Of a stretch of DNA of 63,233 nt, positions 33,814-44,185 are shown piece by piece. Under the pieces are notes generated by a model. The model had not been told where the DNA came from and ran no database searches. It worked only from the letters and a program-made list of their open reading frames with translations. The first letter of the stretch is position 1. Each line of letters opens with the position of its first letter. The stretch spans positions 1-63,233 of the forward strand of contig CAZXSC010000005.1 in NCBI GenBank assembly GCA_964643045.1, written 5' to 3'. The DNA comes from an uncultured Rhodospirillaceae bacterium. Its GTDB lineage: Bacteria > Pseudomonadota > Alphaproteobacteria > Rhodospirillales > UBA2165. The position numbers were made by a program, and so were the translations under genes.

Positions 33814-34836
33814 ATGGTTAAGCAGACAAGAAAACGTAAAACAGTAAAAAAATCACAACACAAGAAGTCAGATACTTCACCTGAGCAATTACTTAAATAC
33901 TATAAAGAGATGCTTCTAATCCGTCGATTTGAAGAAAAAGCAGGCCAGCTGTATGGGATGGGTATGATTTCTGGATTTTGTCATCTTTATATTGGTCAAG
34001 AAGCTGTTGTGGTTGGTATGCAAGCGGCCGCTGATAGGGACAGAGATACGGTCATCACAAGTTATCGCGATCACGGGCACATGCTTGCAAGTGACATGGA
34101 TCCAAAAGGTGTTATGGCTGAATTGACTGGTCGGAGTGGCGGTTATTCGAAGGGTAAGGGCGGCTCGATGCACATGTTCAGTCGTGAGAAAAACTTTTTT
34201 GGGGGGCACGGCATTGTCGGAGCTCAAGTTCCAATAGGTACAGGCCTGGGTTTTTCTCATAAATATAAAGGGGATGGGGGGGTCTGTATGTCGTATTTTG
34301 GAGATGGAGCCTCCAATCAAGGTCAAGTCTTTGAATCTTTTAACATGGCCTCTCTTTGGAATTTACCTGTCGTATATATTATCGAAAATAATCGATATGG
34401 AATGGGGACTTCCGTTAAGCGTGCTTCATCTAACCAGGAACTATTTTCTCGGGGTGAAGCTTTCGGCATCCCAGGTATTAGTGTTGATGGTATGGACGTT
34501 TTAGCGGTGAAAAAGGCTGGAAAAAAAGCATTAGATTTTGCTCGAAGCGGGAAGGGCCCATACATATTAGGTATGCAAACCTATCGCTATCGTGGCCATT
34601 CTATGTCAGATCCGGCGAGATATCGAAGCCGCGAAGAAGTCAGTAAAGTTCGTTCGGAACGAGATCCTATCGATCGAGTGAGACAATATGTGCTGGACGC
34701 GAAAGCTGCAGATGAGAAAGATCTAAAACAGATTGATAGTGAAATTAAATCTGCTGTTTCTGATGCCTCAGACTTTGCCCAGAAAAGTCCGGAGCCAGAA
34801 TTCTCAGAATTGTTTACCGATGTCCTTGTCGAATAA
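33814..34836 (+). CDS. pdhA: Pyruvate dehydrogenase E1 alpha
   Basis: GFCHLYIGQEA, TPP motif GDGA..ENN and YRYRGHSMSDP. Confidence 0.99.
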   Translation: MVKQTRKRKTVKKSQHKKSDTSPEQLLKYYKEMLLIRRFEEKAGQLYGMGMISGFCHLYIGQEAVVVGMQAAADRDRDTVITSYRDHGHMLASDMDPKGVMAELTGRSGGYSKGKGGSMHMFSREKNFFGGHGIVGAQVPIGTGLGFSHKYKGDGGVCMSYFGDGASNQGQVFESFNMASLWNLPVVYIIENNRYGMGTSVKRASSNQELFSRGEAFGIPGISVDGMDVLAVKKAGKKALDFARSGKGPYILGMQTYRYRGHSMSDPARYRSREEVSKVRSERDPIDRVRQYVLDAKAADEKDLKQIDSEIKSAVSDASDFAQKSPEPEFSELFTDVLVE

Positions 34837-34858
34837 ATATTTGGAAAAAGAGAGTTAA

Positions 34859-36244
34859 ATGGTAAATCAAATACTGATGCCCGCGTTATCACCAACGATG
34901 ACCGAGGGTAAACTAGCAAAATGGCTGATAAATGAAGGAGACCCAGTTAAAAGTGGTGACATTATTGCAGAAATCGAAACAGATAAGGCTACCATGGAGT
35001 TAGAAGCCGTTGACGAAGGTGTGTTGGGTAAAATTATTGTAGCGGAAGGGACTGAAGGTGTTGCTGTAAACACACCCATAGCCACTATCAAGGGAGATGC
35101 CGAGGAAGACCCGTCGGGTGACACCGATTTGCAAAGTTCGATTTATCCTGTTGTATCTCCAGAAAAAGAGCTTGAATTAACCAAACCAGTTGGGTCAACA
35201 CAGGTCATTACGCCAACGGATGGTTTAATCTTTAGAGATCAAACTAAGGAACCTGTTATTTCTATTACTGTTCGAGAAGCACTAAGAGACGCTATGGCAG
35301 AAGAAATGCGAAGGGATGACACGGTATTCTTAATGGGCGAGGAGGTTGCTGAATATGAAGGTGCTTATAAGATTTCGGAAGGGTTGCTCGCTGAGTTTGG
35401 AGAGAAACGCATAATCGATACACCTATTACCGAACAAGGCTTTGCCGGTCTTGGTGTTGGTGCCGCTTTTGGAGGTTTACGTCCTATTATTGAGTTTATG
35501 ACATTTAATTTTGCAATGCAGGCAATAGACCATTTGATTAATTCGGCCGCAAAAACACTATATATGTCTGGTGGGCAAATGGGCTGCCCTATAGTTTTTC
35601 GTGGAGCAAATGGATCAGCTTCAGGCGTAGCTGCTCAACATTCACAATGTTATGCAAGTTGGTACGCACATGTACCTGGATTAAAGGTGATTTCACCTTA
35701 TTCAGCTGAGGATGCAAAGGGTTTGTTAAAATCAGCCATCCGCGATCCAAACCCAATCATTTTCCTAGAGAATGAAATTCTCTACGGCAAGACGTTCGAG
35801 CTTCCAGATGAAAAGGATTTAGTAATACCTATTGGAAAAGCTAAGATTGAACGAGGGGGTACGGACGTAACATTAATTTCTTTTTCCATTATGGTTGGAT
35901 TAGCCATAGAAGCTGCTGAGGCTCTTGCAAAAGAAAATATTAATGCTGAAGTTATTAACCTTAGAACAATTCGACCCCTAGATCTAGAAACCATCGTTAG
36001 CTCAATAAAGAAAACTAACCGAGTAGTGAGTGTTGAAGAGGGTTGGCCTGTCGCTGGTGTAGGATCAGAAATTTCTGCAATCTGCATGGAGCACGCTTTT
36101 GATTATTTAGATGCCCCAGTTATGCGAGTGTGTGGCGAAGATGTGCCAATGCCTTATGCCAAGAACCTTGAATCTGCTGCTCTCCCAAGCGTTGAAAAAA
36201 TAATAACAGCGGTGAAAACTGTTTGTTACACTGAACCGGAATGA
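34859..36244 (+). CDS. pdhB: Pyruvate dehydrogenase E1 beta with N-terminal lipoyl domain
   Basis: [21 protein letters not shown] lipoyl domain, then [11 protein letters not shown] and AAQHSQ. Confidence 0.99.
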   Translation: MVNQILMPALSPTMTEGKLAKWLINEGDPVKSGDIIAEIETDKATMELEAVDEGVLGKIIVAEGTEGVAVNTPIATIKGDAEEDPSGDTDLQSSIYPVVSPEKELELTKPVGSTQVITPTDGLIFRDQTKEPVISITVREALRDAMAEEMRRDDTVFLMGEEVAEYEGAYKISEGLLAEFGEKRIIDTPITEQGFAGLGVGAAFGGLRPIIEFMTFNFAMQAIDHLINSAAKTLYMSGGQMGCPIVFRGANGSASGVAAQHSQCYASWYAHVPGLKVISPYSAEDAKGLLKSAIRDPNPIIFLENEILYGKTFELPDEKDLVIPIGKAKIERGGTDVTLISFSIMVGLAIEAAEALAKENINAEVINLRTIRPLDLETIVSSIKKTNRVVSVEEGWPVAGVGSEISAICMEHAFDYLDAPVMRVCGEDVPMPYAKNLESAALPSVEKIITAVKTVCYTEPE

Positions 36245-36248
36245 TTAG

Positions 36249-37220
36249 ATGAACTCCCCTAATTCAGGATCAGATTCGAACAATTTTGATCCCGGCAATA
36301 CCATAAAAAATAAAGATAGAATATTTGCAAGCCCCCTAGCAAAACGAATGGCTCGTGACGCCGGCATTGAACTAGCCCAGATCAATGGTACAGGCCCTCA
36401 TGGACGGATCGTAAAAAGTGATGTTGAGGCAATTAAAAAAAATACAGCTACGAAAGGATTCATTGATCCAACTAAGATTATGACAAGTGAGATAACCTCA
36501 TTGCCAGCAATGTCGCCAACGGGAGGCAGTTATAGTGAAATACCAAATTCAAGTATTCGAAAAATTATAGCCGACCGCTTGACGTCGAGCGCACGTGACA
36601 TACCAACATATACTGTAACAATTGATTGTGTTATCGACCGTCTTCTAGATATGCGCTCAGATCTCAATGGTAGATCTCCAAAAGAAGATGGCAAATACAA
36701 GATCTCAATAAATGATTTTGTTATACGAGCTGTAGCATTGGCTATCCGAAAGATGCCGGAGATAAATACATCTTGGACTGATGCAGCCATAATACAATAC
36801 GATAACATTGATGTTTCGGTCGCTGTGACAACTCCGGATGGATTGATTACTCCAATAATTCGACATGCAGACCAAAAAGGCTTGGCAGAAATTTCAATAG
36901 AGATGAAACAATTGGCGCTTCGTGCTCGAGATAATAAACTGTTACCCGAAGAATTCCAGGGCGGTAGTTTTACAATCTCTAATATGGGGATGTATGGCGT
37001 CAAAGAGTTCACCTCAATTATCAATCCACCCCAGTCATGTATCCTTTCTGTCGGCGTTGGAGAGCAGCGAGCCATTGTTCGTGATGGCGCTCTGGGTATT
37101 GCGACGATCATGAGTTGTACTATGGCTTCTGATCATAGAACAGTAGACGGATCTTTATCAGCTCAGTTTTTGCAAGTTTTTAAGGCAATGATTGAAGATC
37201 CATTAACCATGTTATTGTGA
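36249..37220 (+). CDS. pdhC: Dihydrolipoamide acetyltransferase E2 lacking a lipoyl domain (E3-binding plus catalytic domains only)
   Basis: Starts near RIFASPLAKRMA..GTGPHGRIVKSDV; catalytic FTISNMG and DHRTVDG intact; no ETDKA motif; only 4 nt separate it from the pdhB stop. Confidence 0.93.
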   Translation: MNSPNSGSDSNNFDPGNTIKNKDRIFASPLAKRMARDAGIELAQINGTGPHGRIVKSDVEAIKKNTATKGFIDPTKIMTSEITSLPAMSPTGGSYSEIPNSSIRKIIADRLTSSARDIPTYTVTIDCVIDRLLDMRSDLNGRSPKEDGKYKISINDFVIRAVALAIRKMPEINTSWTDAAIIQYDNIDVSVAVTTPDGLITPIIRHADQKGLAEISIEMKQLALRARDNKLLPEEFQGGSFTISNMGMYGVKEFTSIINPPQSCILSVGVGEQRAIVRDGALGIATIMSCTMASDHRTVDGSLSAQFLQVFKAMIEDPLTMLL

Positions 37221-38629
37221 TGGCTGAAGTTCCCTTATCAAAATTTGATGTTGTTATTATTGGCAGTGGCCCTGGCGGTTATGTAACCGCGATAAGAGCG
37301 GCGCAACTTGGTTTAAGAACAGCTGTAATAGAGCGTGAAAACCTGGGGGGGGTTTGTTTGAATTGGGGCTGTATCCCGACCAAGGCATTACTACGCACGG
37401 CTGAAATGTATCGCAGCGCAAAGAATGCTAGTGAATTTGGACTAAAAATCAAAGGATTAGAATTTGATTTCAAGAAAGTTGTTAAACGTTCCAGAGAAGT
37501 TTCGAAGCAACTTTCTCAAGGCGTGGGCTATCTTTTAAAAAAAAATAATATTGATGTTATTCTAGGTCATGGAAAGTTAGCGGGGAAAGGGAAAATAATA
37601 GTTGAAAGAAATGATACTTCCTCACTAGATCTAGAAGCCAAGCATATTATCTTAGCAACCGGCGCACGAGCACGTTCATTGCCCGGGCTTGAACCTGACG
37701 GGAAATTAATTTGGGATTACAAAGATGCAATGAATCCAAATGCAATGCCGGGTTCAATATTGGTCGTCGGATCGGGTGCTATAGGGATTGAATTTGCTAG
37801 TTTTTACAATACGTTAGGCGTTGATGTTTCTGTCATTGAAGTGCAGCAACGTATTTTACCGGCAGAAGATGAAGAAATTTCAGCATTAGCTCAGTCGGCA
37901 TTTGAAAAAGAAGGTATGAAAATTCTTACTTCAGCAAACATAGTCGCTGCGAAAAAAGCTGCGAAGAAAGTTACCGCAACAGTCGAAGTAGGAGGTAAAA
38001 AATCGACCATTAGTGTTGACCGTATCATTATGGCAGTTGGCATTAGAGGGAATATTGAGAACGTTGGGCTTGAAAATACAAAAGTGGAAGTTGCTGATGG
38101 ACATGTTGTTGTAGATGAATGGTGTGGGACGGCCGAACCGGATGTTTATGCCATTGGAGATCTCGTTGGCCCACCGTGGCTGGCACATAAAGCCAGTCAC
38201 GAAGGTGTTATTTGTGTTGAAAAAATAGCAGGGATAAAAGGCCATAATCCATTGAACTCTACAATGATTCCAGGCTGCACTTATTGTTATCCGCAGATAG
38301 CGAGTGTGGGCTTAACCGAAGTTGCTGCTAAAGAGAAAGGGCTTGAGGTTAAAGTTGGCAAATTCCCATTTATTGGCAACGGGAAAGCGATAGCTCTCGG
38401 AGAGCCAGAAGGGTTAATTAAGACTATATTTGAGGCCAACACTGGCGAGTTACTAGGAGCTCACATGATAGGAACAGAAGTAACCGAATTAATCCATGGC
38501 TACGCACTTGGGATGACACTTGAAACAACTGAGGTTGAACTTATGGAAACAGTGTTTCCTCACCCTACATTGTCGGAAATGATTCATGAATCTGTGTTAG
38601 ACGCTTATGGAAAGGCTATTCATTTTTAG
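37220..38629 (+). CDS. lpdA: Dihydrolipoamide dehydrogenase E3
   Basis: GSGPGGY, CLNWGCIP redox motif and HPTLSE. Confidence 0.99.
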   Translation: MAEVPLSKFDVVIIGSGPGGYVTAIRAAQLGLRTAVIERENLGGVCLNWGCIPTKALLRTAEMYRSAKNASEFGLKIKGLEFDFKKVVKRSREVSKQLSQGVGYLLKKNNIDVILGHGKLAGKGKIIVERNDTSSLDLEAKHIILATGARARSLPGLEPDGKLIWDYKDAMNPNAMPGSILVVGSGAIGIEFASFYNTLGVDVSVIEVQQRILPAEDEEISALAQSAFEKEGMKILTSANIVAAKKAAKKVTATVEVGGKKSTISVDRIIMAVGIRGNIENVGLENTKVEVADGHVVVDEWCGTAEPDVYAIGDLVGPPWLAHKASHEGVICVEKIAGIKGHNPLNSTMIPGCTYCYPQIASVGLTEVAAKEKGLEVKVGKFPFIGNGKAIALGEPEGLIKTIFEANTGELLGAHMIGTEVTELIHGYALGMTLETTEVELMETVFPHPTLSEMIHESVLDAYGKAIHF

Positions 38630-38715
38630 TAGTTTTCAATTAATATGATATTTTTGCAAAAACATTAAAACGTGTGTATTTGTCTAATATAAAATATACA
38701 TAAAAAGTATTAGCG

Positions 38716-39657
38716 ATGAGTAATGTTAAAAAATTAAGGCATCCACAATTTAAAAACTCCCCAGACCATCCAAGTACTCGTAAACCGAGTTGGATAAGGG
38801 TTAAAGCTCCGAATTCAGTGGCTTTTGGGGAAACAAAACGCTTAATGAGCAGCCTAAATCTTAACACCGTTTGCGAAGAAGCAGCTTGCCCGAATATTGG
38901 CGAATGTTGGGAACAAAGGCACGCAACGGTTATGATTTTAGGAGATACTTGTACACGTGCTTGTGCATTTTGCAATGTAATCACTGGTAAACCTGGTCCA
39001 GTGGATATAATGGAGCCTGAAAATGTAGGCGTAATGGCTTTCAAAACAGGCCTAAGACATATAGTCATTACTTCCGTTGATCGAGATGACCTTGATGACG
39101 GTGGCGCGCAACAATTTGCCAAATGCATTGCAAAAATACATCAATTAGCTCTCGGTACGACTGTTGAAGTTCTAACTCCAGATTTTAAAAACAAAAAAGG
39201 GGCATTAGAAATAATAATTGCTGCAAAGCCCGACGTTTTTAATCATAATTTAGAAACTGTCCCAAGATTATATCGCAATATTCGCCCGGGTGCCGATTAT
39301 TTGCAATCACTTAGGCTTTTAGATAAAGCTAAAGAACTGGATCACGAGGTTTTTACAAAATCAGGCATTATGGTTGGACTAGGAGAAAGTACCAAAGAAA
39401 TTATTCAAGTGATGGATGATCAACGTGCTGCAGGAGTTGATTTCCTAACAATCGGCCAGTACCTCCAACCTACTCCGCGTCATGCAAAGATAGATCGCTA
39501 CCTGAGGCCAGAAGAATTTCAAAAATTTGAAAAAATAGCCTATTCGAAGGGATTTTTGAAGGTTTCCGCTAGTCCATTAACGCGTTCTTCCTATCACGCG
39601 GATGAGGATTTTCAAGCCCTCCGTGAGACTCGTTTAAAAATTCAAGCTTTAGGCTAA
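38716..39657 (+). CDS. lipA: Lipoyl synthase
   Basis: [12 protein letters not shown] and CTRACAFC cluster motifs; RSSYHA. Confidence 0.99.
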   Translation: MSNVKKLRHPQFKNSPDHPSTRKPSWIRVKAPNSVAFGETKRLMSSLNLNTVCEEAACPNIGECWEQRHATVMILGDTCTRACAFCNVITGKPGPVDIMEPENVGVMAFKTGLRHIVITSVDRDDLDDGGAQQFAKCIAKIHQLALGTTVEVLTPDFKNKKGALEIIIAAKPDVFNHNLETVPRLYRNIRPGADYLQSLRLLDKAKELDHEVFTKSGIMVGLGESTKEIIQVMDDQRAAGVDFLTIGQYLQPTPRHAKIDRYLRPEEFQKFEKIAYSKGFLKVSASPLTRSSYHADEDFQALRETRLKIQALG

Positions 39658-39659
39658 TA

Positions 39660-40097
39660 ATGCCCACTCATTCTGAAAAGCGCAATTTACCACATACGCG
39701 TGAGCAAATGTATGATCTCGTATCAGATGTGGAAAAATATCCCGAATTCCTGCCATGGTGTATTGAATTACGGGTAAAAGATAAAAGAATGAATCAAATA
39801 ACGGCGGATATGGTTATTGGTTATAAAATGTTTCAGGAAAAATTCACCTCCAAAGTTCAGTTGAAAGATCCCGATCGCATTGACGTAGTTTATGAAGATG
39901 GTCCATTCAAGTATTTGAATAACCGTTGGATTTTTATCGAGGAGGATGATGGATCATGCACGATCGATTTTTTCGTTGATTTTGAATTCAAATCTAAGCT
40001 TTTGCAGAATATGATTGGGATAGTGTTTAACGAAGCCATTAAAATCATGGTGAAAGCCTTTGAAAAAAGAGCATGTATCGTGTACGGAAATTATTAA
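39660..40097 (+). CDS. RatA/Coq10 START-domain (SRPBCC) protein
   Basis: LVSDVEKYPEFLPWC and GPFKYLNNRW motifs; follows lipA. Confidence 0.92.
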   Translation: MPTHSEKRNLPHTREQMYDLVSDVEKYPEFLPWCIELRVKDKRMNQITADMVIGYKMFQEKFTSKVQLKDPDRIDVVYEDGPFKYLNNRWIFIEEDDGSCTIDFFVDFEFKSKLLQNMIGIVFNEAIKIMVKAFEKRACIVYGNY

Positions 40098-40144
40098 ATG
40101 TTTTCACTGGTCTGTTTCTTTGACCAGGTAAACGGAAAGCGATT

Positions 40145-40633
40145 CTAAATTTGGGTTATCATCATTTTGATAGCGTTTTTAACGCTCGCGATTCTAACAT
40201 CATTTCGATCGCCTTCGAAAATGAAACGTTTATGAATTGTCCTCATGTCAGCCCGCGCCGATGCCATATGAACAGTACCAACGGGCTTCGACATCGTACC
40301 TCCGTCTGGACCTGCTATACCGGTGACGGATACGGTTAATTCAACAGGTGCGTTGCTGAGAGCTCCTTGGCACATTGCTATCGCTACGTTTTTACTGACT
40401 GATCCTTCAACTAGAATCGTGTCGAGTGGCACGTTCAGTATTTCGTGTTTTGCTTCATTTGAATAGGTGTTAAACCCACGTTCGAAGACTTCGGATGAGC
40501 CAGGAATAGATGTGATGCAAGCAGCAATTAATCCACCAGTGCAGCTTTCAGCTGTAGCGATTTTGATGCCCTTTTTTCGGCAATTGGAAATAAGATCTGT
40601 GGCTAAATCTGTAAGATCTTGGGAAAATCTCAA
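40145..40633 (-). CDS. CinA C-terminal domain protein (PncC-like NMN deamidase)
   Basis: TAESCTGGLIA, TYSNEAK and VTGIAGPDGG motifs. Confidence 0.93.
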   Translation of the reverse strand: MRFSQDLTDLATDLISNCRKKGIKIATAESCTGGLIAACITSIPGSSEVFERGFNTYSNEAKHEILNVPLDTILVEGSVSKNVAIAMCQGALSNAPVELTVSVTGIAGPDGGTMSKPVGTVHMASARADMRTIHKRFIFEGDRNDVRIASVKNAIKMMITQI

Positions 40634-40648
40634 TGAATTGACTCCATT

Positions 40649-41143
40649 CTAAATTTGATAAATGCGCCAGCCAATAAAAAGTAAGACACCAGAGTAAATT
40701 GCGGCAAACACATCGTCCAGCATGATACCCAAGCCACCCTCCACTTTCTTATCTGCCCATGAGATTGGCCAAGGCTTCCATACATCAAATAGACGAAAGA
40801 GTAAAAAGCCACAAGAATATAAAATAATGTTTGGAGGCACCATGAGAAGGGTTAGCCATTGGCCAACAACCTCATCAATAACTATTTTCGAGGGGTCCTT
40901 AATACACATATTTTGCGATACTACGCTAGACACGATGACGCCTATTATAAAGGTTAAAACAGTTACTGTTGCTAGTATTGAGGTATTTCCCCAGTAGCTA
41001 ATGCCATACGCTACAGGTAGAGCTATTGCGGACCCCCAGGTTCCGGGAGCTTTTGGCAATAAACCCGCCCCAAAAAATGTAGCCACAATTTCTGAGCATA
41101 TGACTACATACTTCGAAGTTTTATTTTCTTTGAGCCGCTTCAT
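40649..41143 (-). CDS. pgpA: Phosphatidylglycerophosphatase A
   Basis: PKAPGTWGS, DPSKIVIDEVVGQ, FRLFDVWKPWP and GIMLDD motifs. Confidence 0.97.
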   Translation of the reverse strand: MKRLKENKTSKYVVICSEIVATFFGAGLLPKAPGTWGSAIALPVAYGISYWGNTSILATVTVLTFIIGVIVSSVVSQNMCIKDPSKIVIDEVVGQWLTLLMVPPNIILYSCGFLLFRLFDVWKPWPISWADKKVEGGLGIMLDDVFAAIYSGVLLFIGWRIYQI

Positions 41144-41345
41144 TTATTTTTAACAAAATTAAAACTTTTTATGTATTTGTTTATATTCTTATCCTGTCCA
41201 AAACAGTTTACCACAAAATATTAAATTTCTTAATATTGTTGAAATTATTGAATTAATTTTATTTTTTAAAAAAAATCTAAGTATTTGAGTTCATTCCCTT
41301 GCAACAAATGGCATGACCGGATACCCTCTTTTTATATAATTCCGA

Positions 41346-42734
41346 TTGAGAGCCGACAGTTTTTTTAAATTAAAGGTGGCCAGATTGCCAAAAAAAAGAG
41401 CGTCTATTCAGGAAGAAGACGAATTCGAAATATTTAAAAAGCAAGTCACGGCTTTAATAACGCGTTGGTTTCCCCAGCATGAACTTCTGATTCGCACGGA
41501 CGGAAAGATCAGTCATTTGAAGATCTCAAAGACAATGCAAATCTCGGCATTAGCTGTGTTCGCGATTTCAGTAGGCTGGGGTATATTCGCTTCGTTTAGT
41601 TATTTTATTCATGACGAACTAGTTATTTCCAGAAATAAAGAAATACTTGAAGCCCGCATGGCATATCGGGGTTTATTGTCTGAGGTTCAGGAATATCAGG
41701 ATAAATTTTCAGACCTAACTGATGAGTTGAGTAAAAATCATGGCTTGATGCTCAATTTGGTTGAGAAAAATGCAACCCTTAAACAAAATATGAAGTCTGC
41801 TGTTAACAAGTTAGAGACGTCCAAATCACGGCATAAACGTATTTTAATTGCCAAAGCAAACCTTAAAGAAAAGCTTGCCAACATTCAAATAGAGTTAAAT
41901 TCTCTAAACAATCACAATTTTAGCCTAAAAGGAAATCTTAATTCTGTTACGACTGATTTAGAGAGTGCACTTTTTGAGAGAAATTTAGCTCGCTCGAAAA
42001 GTCAGAAGTTGTCAGAAACTGTGAAAAAATTGATGAACGATTTAGCCGAGTTAAACAAGTCAGAAATTAAAGTTTTGAGAAAATTAACTGAAACAACGAA
42101 AAACAACATCGCGGATATTCACTATGTACTCGAGCATACCGGCCTAAACGTTGCCAAATTATTAGGGCTTAAAAAGATGGAAAAAAATAAGAGATCGGCA
42201 CAGGGGGGACCTTTTATTCCGTTTAGCCTATCAAACAACCCCTCAGCAAATCTTAAGTCTTCGCTACACATCTTAAACTCGCAATTAAAACAATATAGAA
42301 ACTTACAAGGTTTAATGAAACGATTACCGCTTTCCTCACCTCTAAACTATTTCACAGTTTCAAGCCATTTTGGGAAAAGGCGGGATCCCATTAATAAGCG
42401 ATGGGCAGTTCATCAGGGTCTTGATTTTGGAGGAATCAAGAATTCACCTGTCTATTCAACGGCTCCCGGAAAAGTATCATTCGCCGGAAGAAATGGTAAA
42501 TATGGAAAACTCATTGAGATTATCCACGGTTATGGTTTTAAGACAAAATATGGGCATTTAAATAAGATACTTGTTAAACGTGGTCAAAAGGTGGATTATC
42601 GTGCCAAAATAGGTTTGATGGGTAGTACCGGGCGGAGTACCGGACCACATCTTCATTATGAGATTTTAATGCGAGGTAAGCATCAGAATCCGTGGCGATT
42701 TATTAAGGCTGGTAGATATGTTTACAAAAGGTAG
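41346..42734 (+). CDS. Membrane-anchored coiled-coil M23 (LytM) peptidase
   Basis: N-terminal cytoplasmic segment, one TM helix, long coiled coil, HQGLDF (HxxxD) and STGPHLHYE (HxH); start uncertain. Confidence 0.93.
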   Translation: MRADSFFKLKVARLPKKRASIQEEDEFEIFKKQVTALITRWFPQHELLIRTDGKISHLKISKTMQISALAVFAISVGWGIFASFSYFIHDELVISRNKEILEARMAYRGLLSEVQEYQDKFSDLTDELSKNHGLMLNLVEKNATLKQNMKSAVNKLETSKSRHKRILIAKANLKEKLANIQIELNSLNNHNFSLKGNLNSVTTDLESALFERNLARSKSQKLSETVKKLMNDLAELNKSEIKVLRKLTETTKNNIADIHYVLEHTGLNVAKLLGLKKMEKNKRSAQGGPFIPFSLSNNPSANLKSSLHILNSQLKQYRNLQGLMKRLPLSSPLNYFTVSSHFGKRRDPINKRWAVHQGLDFGGIKNSPVYSTAPGKVSFAGRNGKYGKLIEIIHGYGFKTKYGHLNKILVKRGQKVDYRAKIGLMGSTGRSTGPHLHYEILMRGKHQNPWRFIKAGRYVYKR

Positions 42735-43182
42735 CAAAGAAGAAGTGAGAAGGCGAGAGCCAAAAGTTCCTAGTCCTCCAACGTTATTGAGCCAAGATAT
42801 CGAAGTTACGGGGGATATTCATAGCGATGGTGAAGTTCAGATAGATGGAACAATAAATGGCAATGTAGTGGCCAATGTTCTGGTTATTGGTGAAACAGCG
42901 CAAGTTATAGGTGAAATTACAGCGGAAAGTGTACGCGTCCATGGTCGAGTTAGCGGGCAGGTTCAGGCCAATTCGGTCTCTTTGGCTAAGTCAGCACATA
43001 TTTTAGGTGACATTTTGCATGGAAATTTGTCGATTGAAAAGGGGGCCTTTCTTGAAGGTCATTGTCGAAGAATAGATTTCGGTAAAAAGCCAGTCGACGG
43101 TGGTTTAAAACTTTTAGTCAAAGGTGTGTCTAAGGATAAATCTGAACAAGCAATAAAAAATTCGATGGCTGAATTGGCTTAA
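42718..43182 (+). CDS. Bactofilin (polymer-forming cytoskeletal protein)
   Basis: Beta-helical VTGDIHSDGEVQIDGTINGNV repeats and LSIEKGAFLEGHC; overlaps the M23 gene end. Confidence 0.95.
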   Translation: MFTKGSKEEVRRREPKVPSPPTLLSQDIEVTGDIHSDGEVQIDGTINGNVVANVLVIGETAQVIGEITAESVRVHGRVSGQVQANSVSLAKSAHILGDILHGNLSIEKGAFLEGHCRRIDFGKKPVDGGLKLLVKGVSKDKSEQAIKNSMAELA

Positions 43183-44171
43183 TCTTCGAATTTTCCGTCT
43201 AACACGTCTTTGAATGTATCAGCATCGATATTTCCACCGGTGCAGATGATGCCGATGGTTTTGCCTTCAGGATTGATTTTTCCTGATAGAATAGCTGCTA
43301 AAGCAATGGCGCCGCTTGGTTCAATCACTATTTTATATACTTCGAATGCTACTTTTATAGCTTTAGCGGTTTCGGCGTCGTTAACTACTAAACCTCCGGT
43401 TAATAGTCTTTTGTTGGTTTTAAAGGTAATCCTACCAGGTTCTTCAAGTAATAGCGCATCACAAAAGGAGCGTTTTCCTAATTTGTTTGTCAAGCGTTCA
43501 CCAGCAATAAGTGATCGTGCGGTATCATCAAAACCTTCAGGCTCAACGCAGTAAATTAATGTATGTTTGCTTAACTCATTGAATACAATAGCGTTTCCTC
43601 CAATTAAACCTCCGCCGCTGCACGGCGCTAGAAAATAATCTAATTCTGCATTTATGTTTTTTGCTTGATCAATAAATTCAATACCTAGTGTAGCTTGACC
43701 CGCCATTATTTCTGCTGCATCGAAAGGGGGAATGAGAGTGCCCCCAGTTTCTTGAGCTATTTTTTTTGCTATTTCCAATCTATTTGCATCTGCACGATTA
43801 TATAAGACAATATTAGCTCCATCTTGCCGTGTATTTTCTATTTTAATCTTTGGTGCATCTGCTGGCATCACCACGGTTGCATTTATTCCAAGTATTTTCG
43901 CTGCAGCAGCTACACCTCGGGCATGATTTCCTGAAGAAAAAGCAACCACACCATTCATTTTATCATTATCCGAGAGGCTCGCGATCATATTAAAAGCTCC
44001 TCGAAATTTAAATGATCCCGTGCGTTGTAGATTTTCAGCTTTAATTAAGAGACGGCATTTGAACTGATTATTCATACGAGTTGATTCAAGTACAGGGGTC
44101 TTGAATATATGGCCTTCCAATCGCTTAGCGGCTGACTCAATATCTTTAAGAGATGGGGCTGTTTTCAACAT
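43179..44171 (-). CDS. PLP-dependent threonine/serine dehydratase-family enzyme (no regulatory domain)
   Basis: KAENLQRTGSFKFRGA (PLP lysine), SSGNH, SGGGL and TGGN motifs. Confidence 0.92.
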   Translation of the reverse strand: MLKTAPSLKDIESAAKRLEGHIFKTPVLESTRMNNQFKCRLLIKAENLQRTGSFKFRGAFNMIASLSDNDKMNGVVAFSSGNHARGVAAAAKILGINATVVMPADAPKIKIENTRQDGANIVLYNRADANRLEIAKKIAQETGGTLIPPFDAAEIMAGQATLGIEFIDQAKNINAELDYFLAPCSGGGLIGGNAIVFNELSKHTLIYCVEPEGFDDTARSLIAGERLTNKLGKRSFCDALLLEEPGRITFKTNKRLLTGGLVVNDAETAKAIKVAFEVYKIVIEPSGAIALAAILSGKINPEGKTIGIICTGGNIDADTFKDVLDGKFED

Positions 44172-44185
44172 GAAACACTCTTAGG

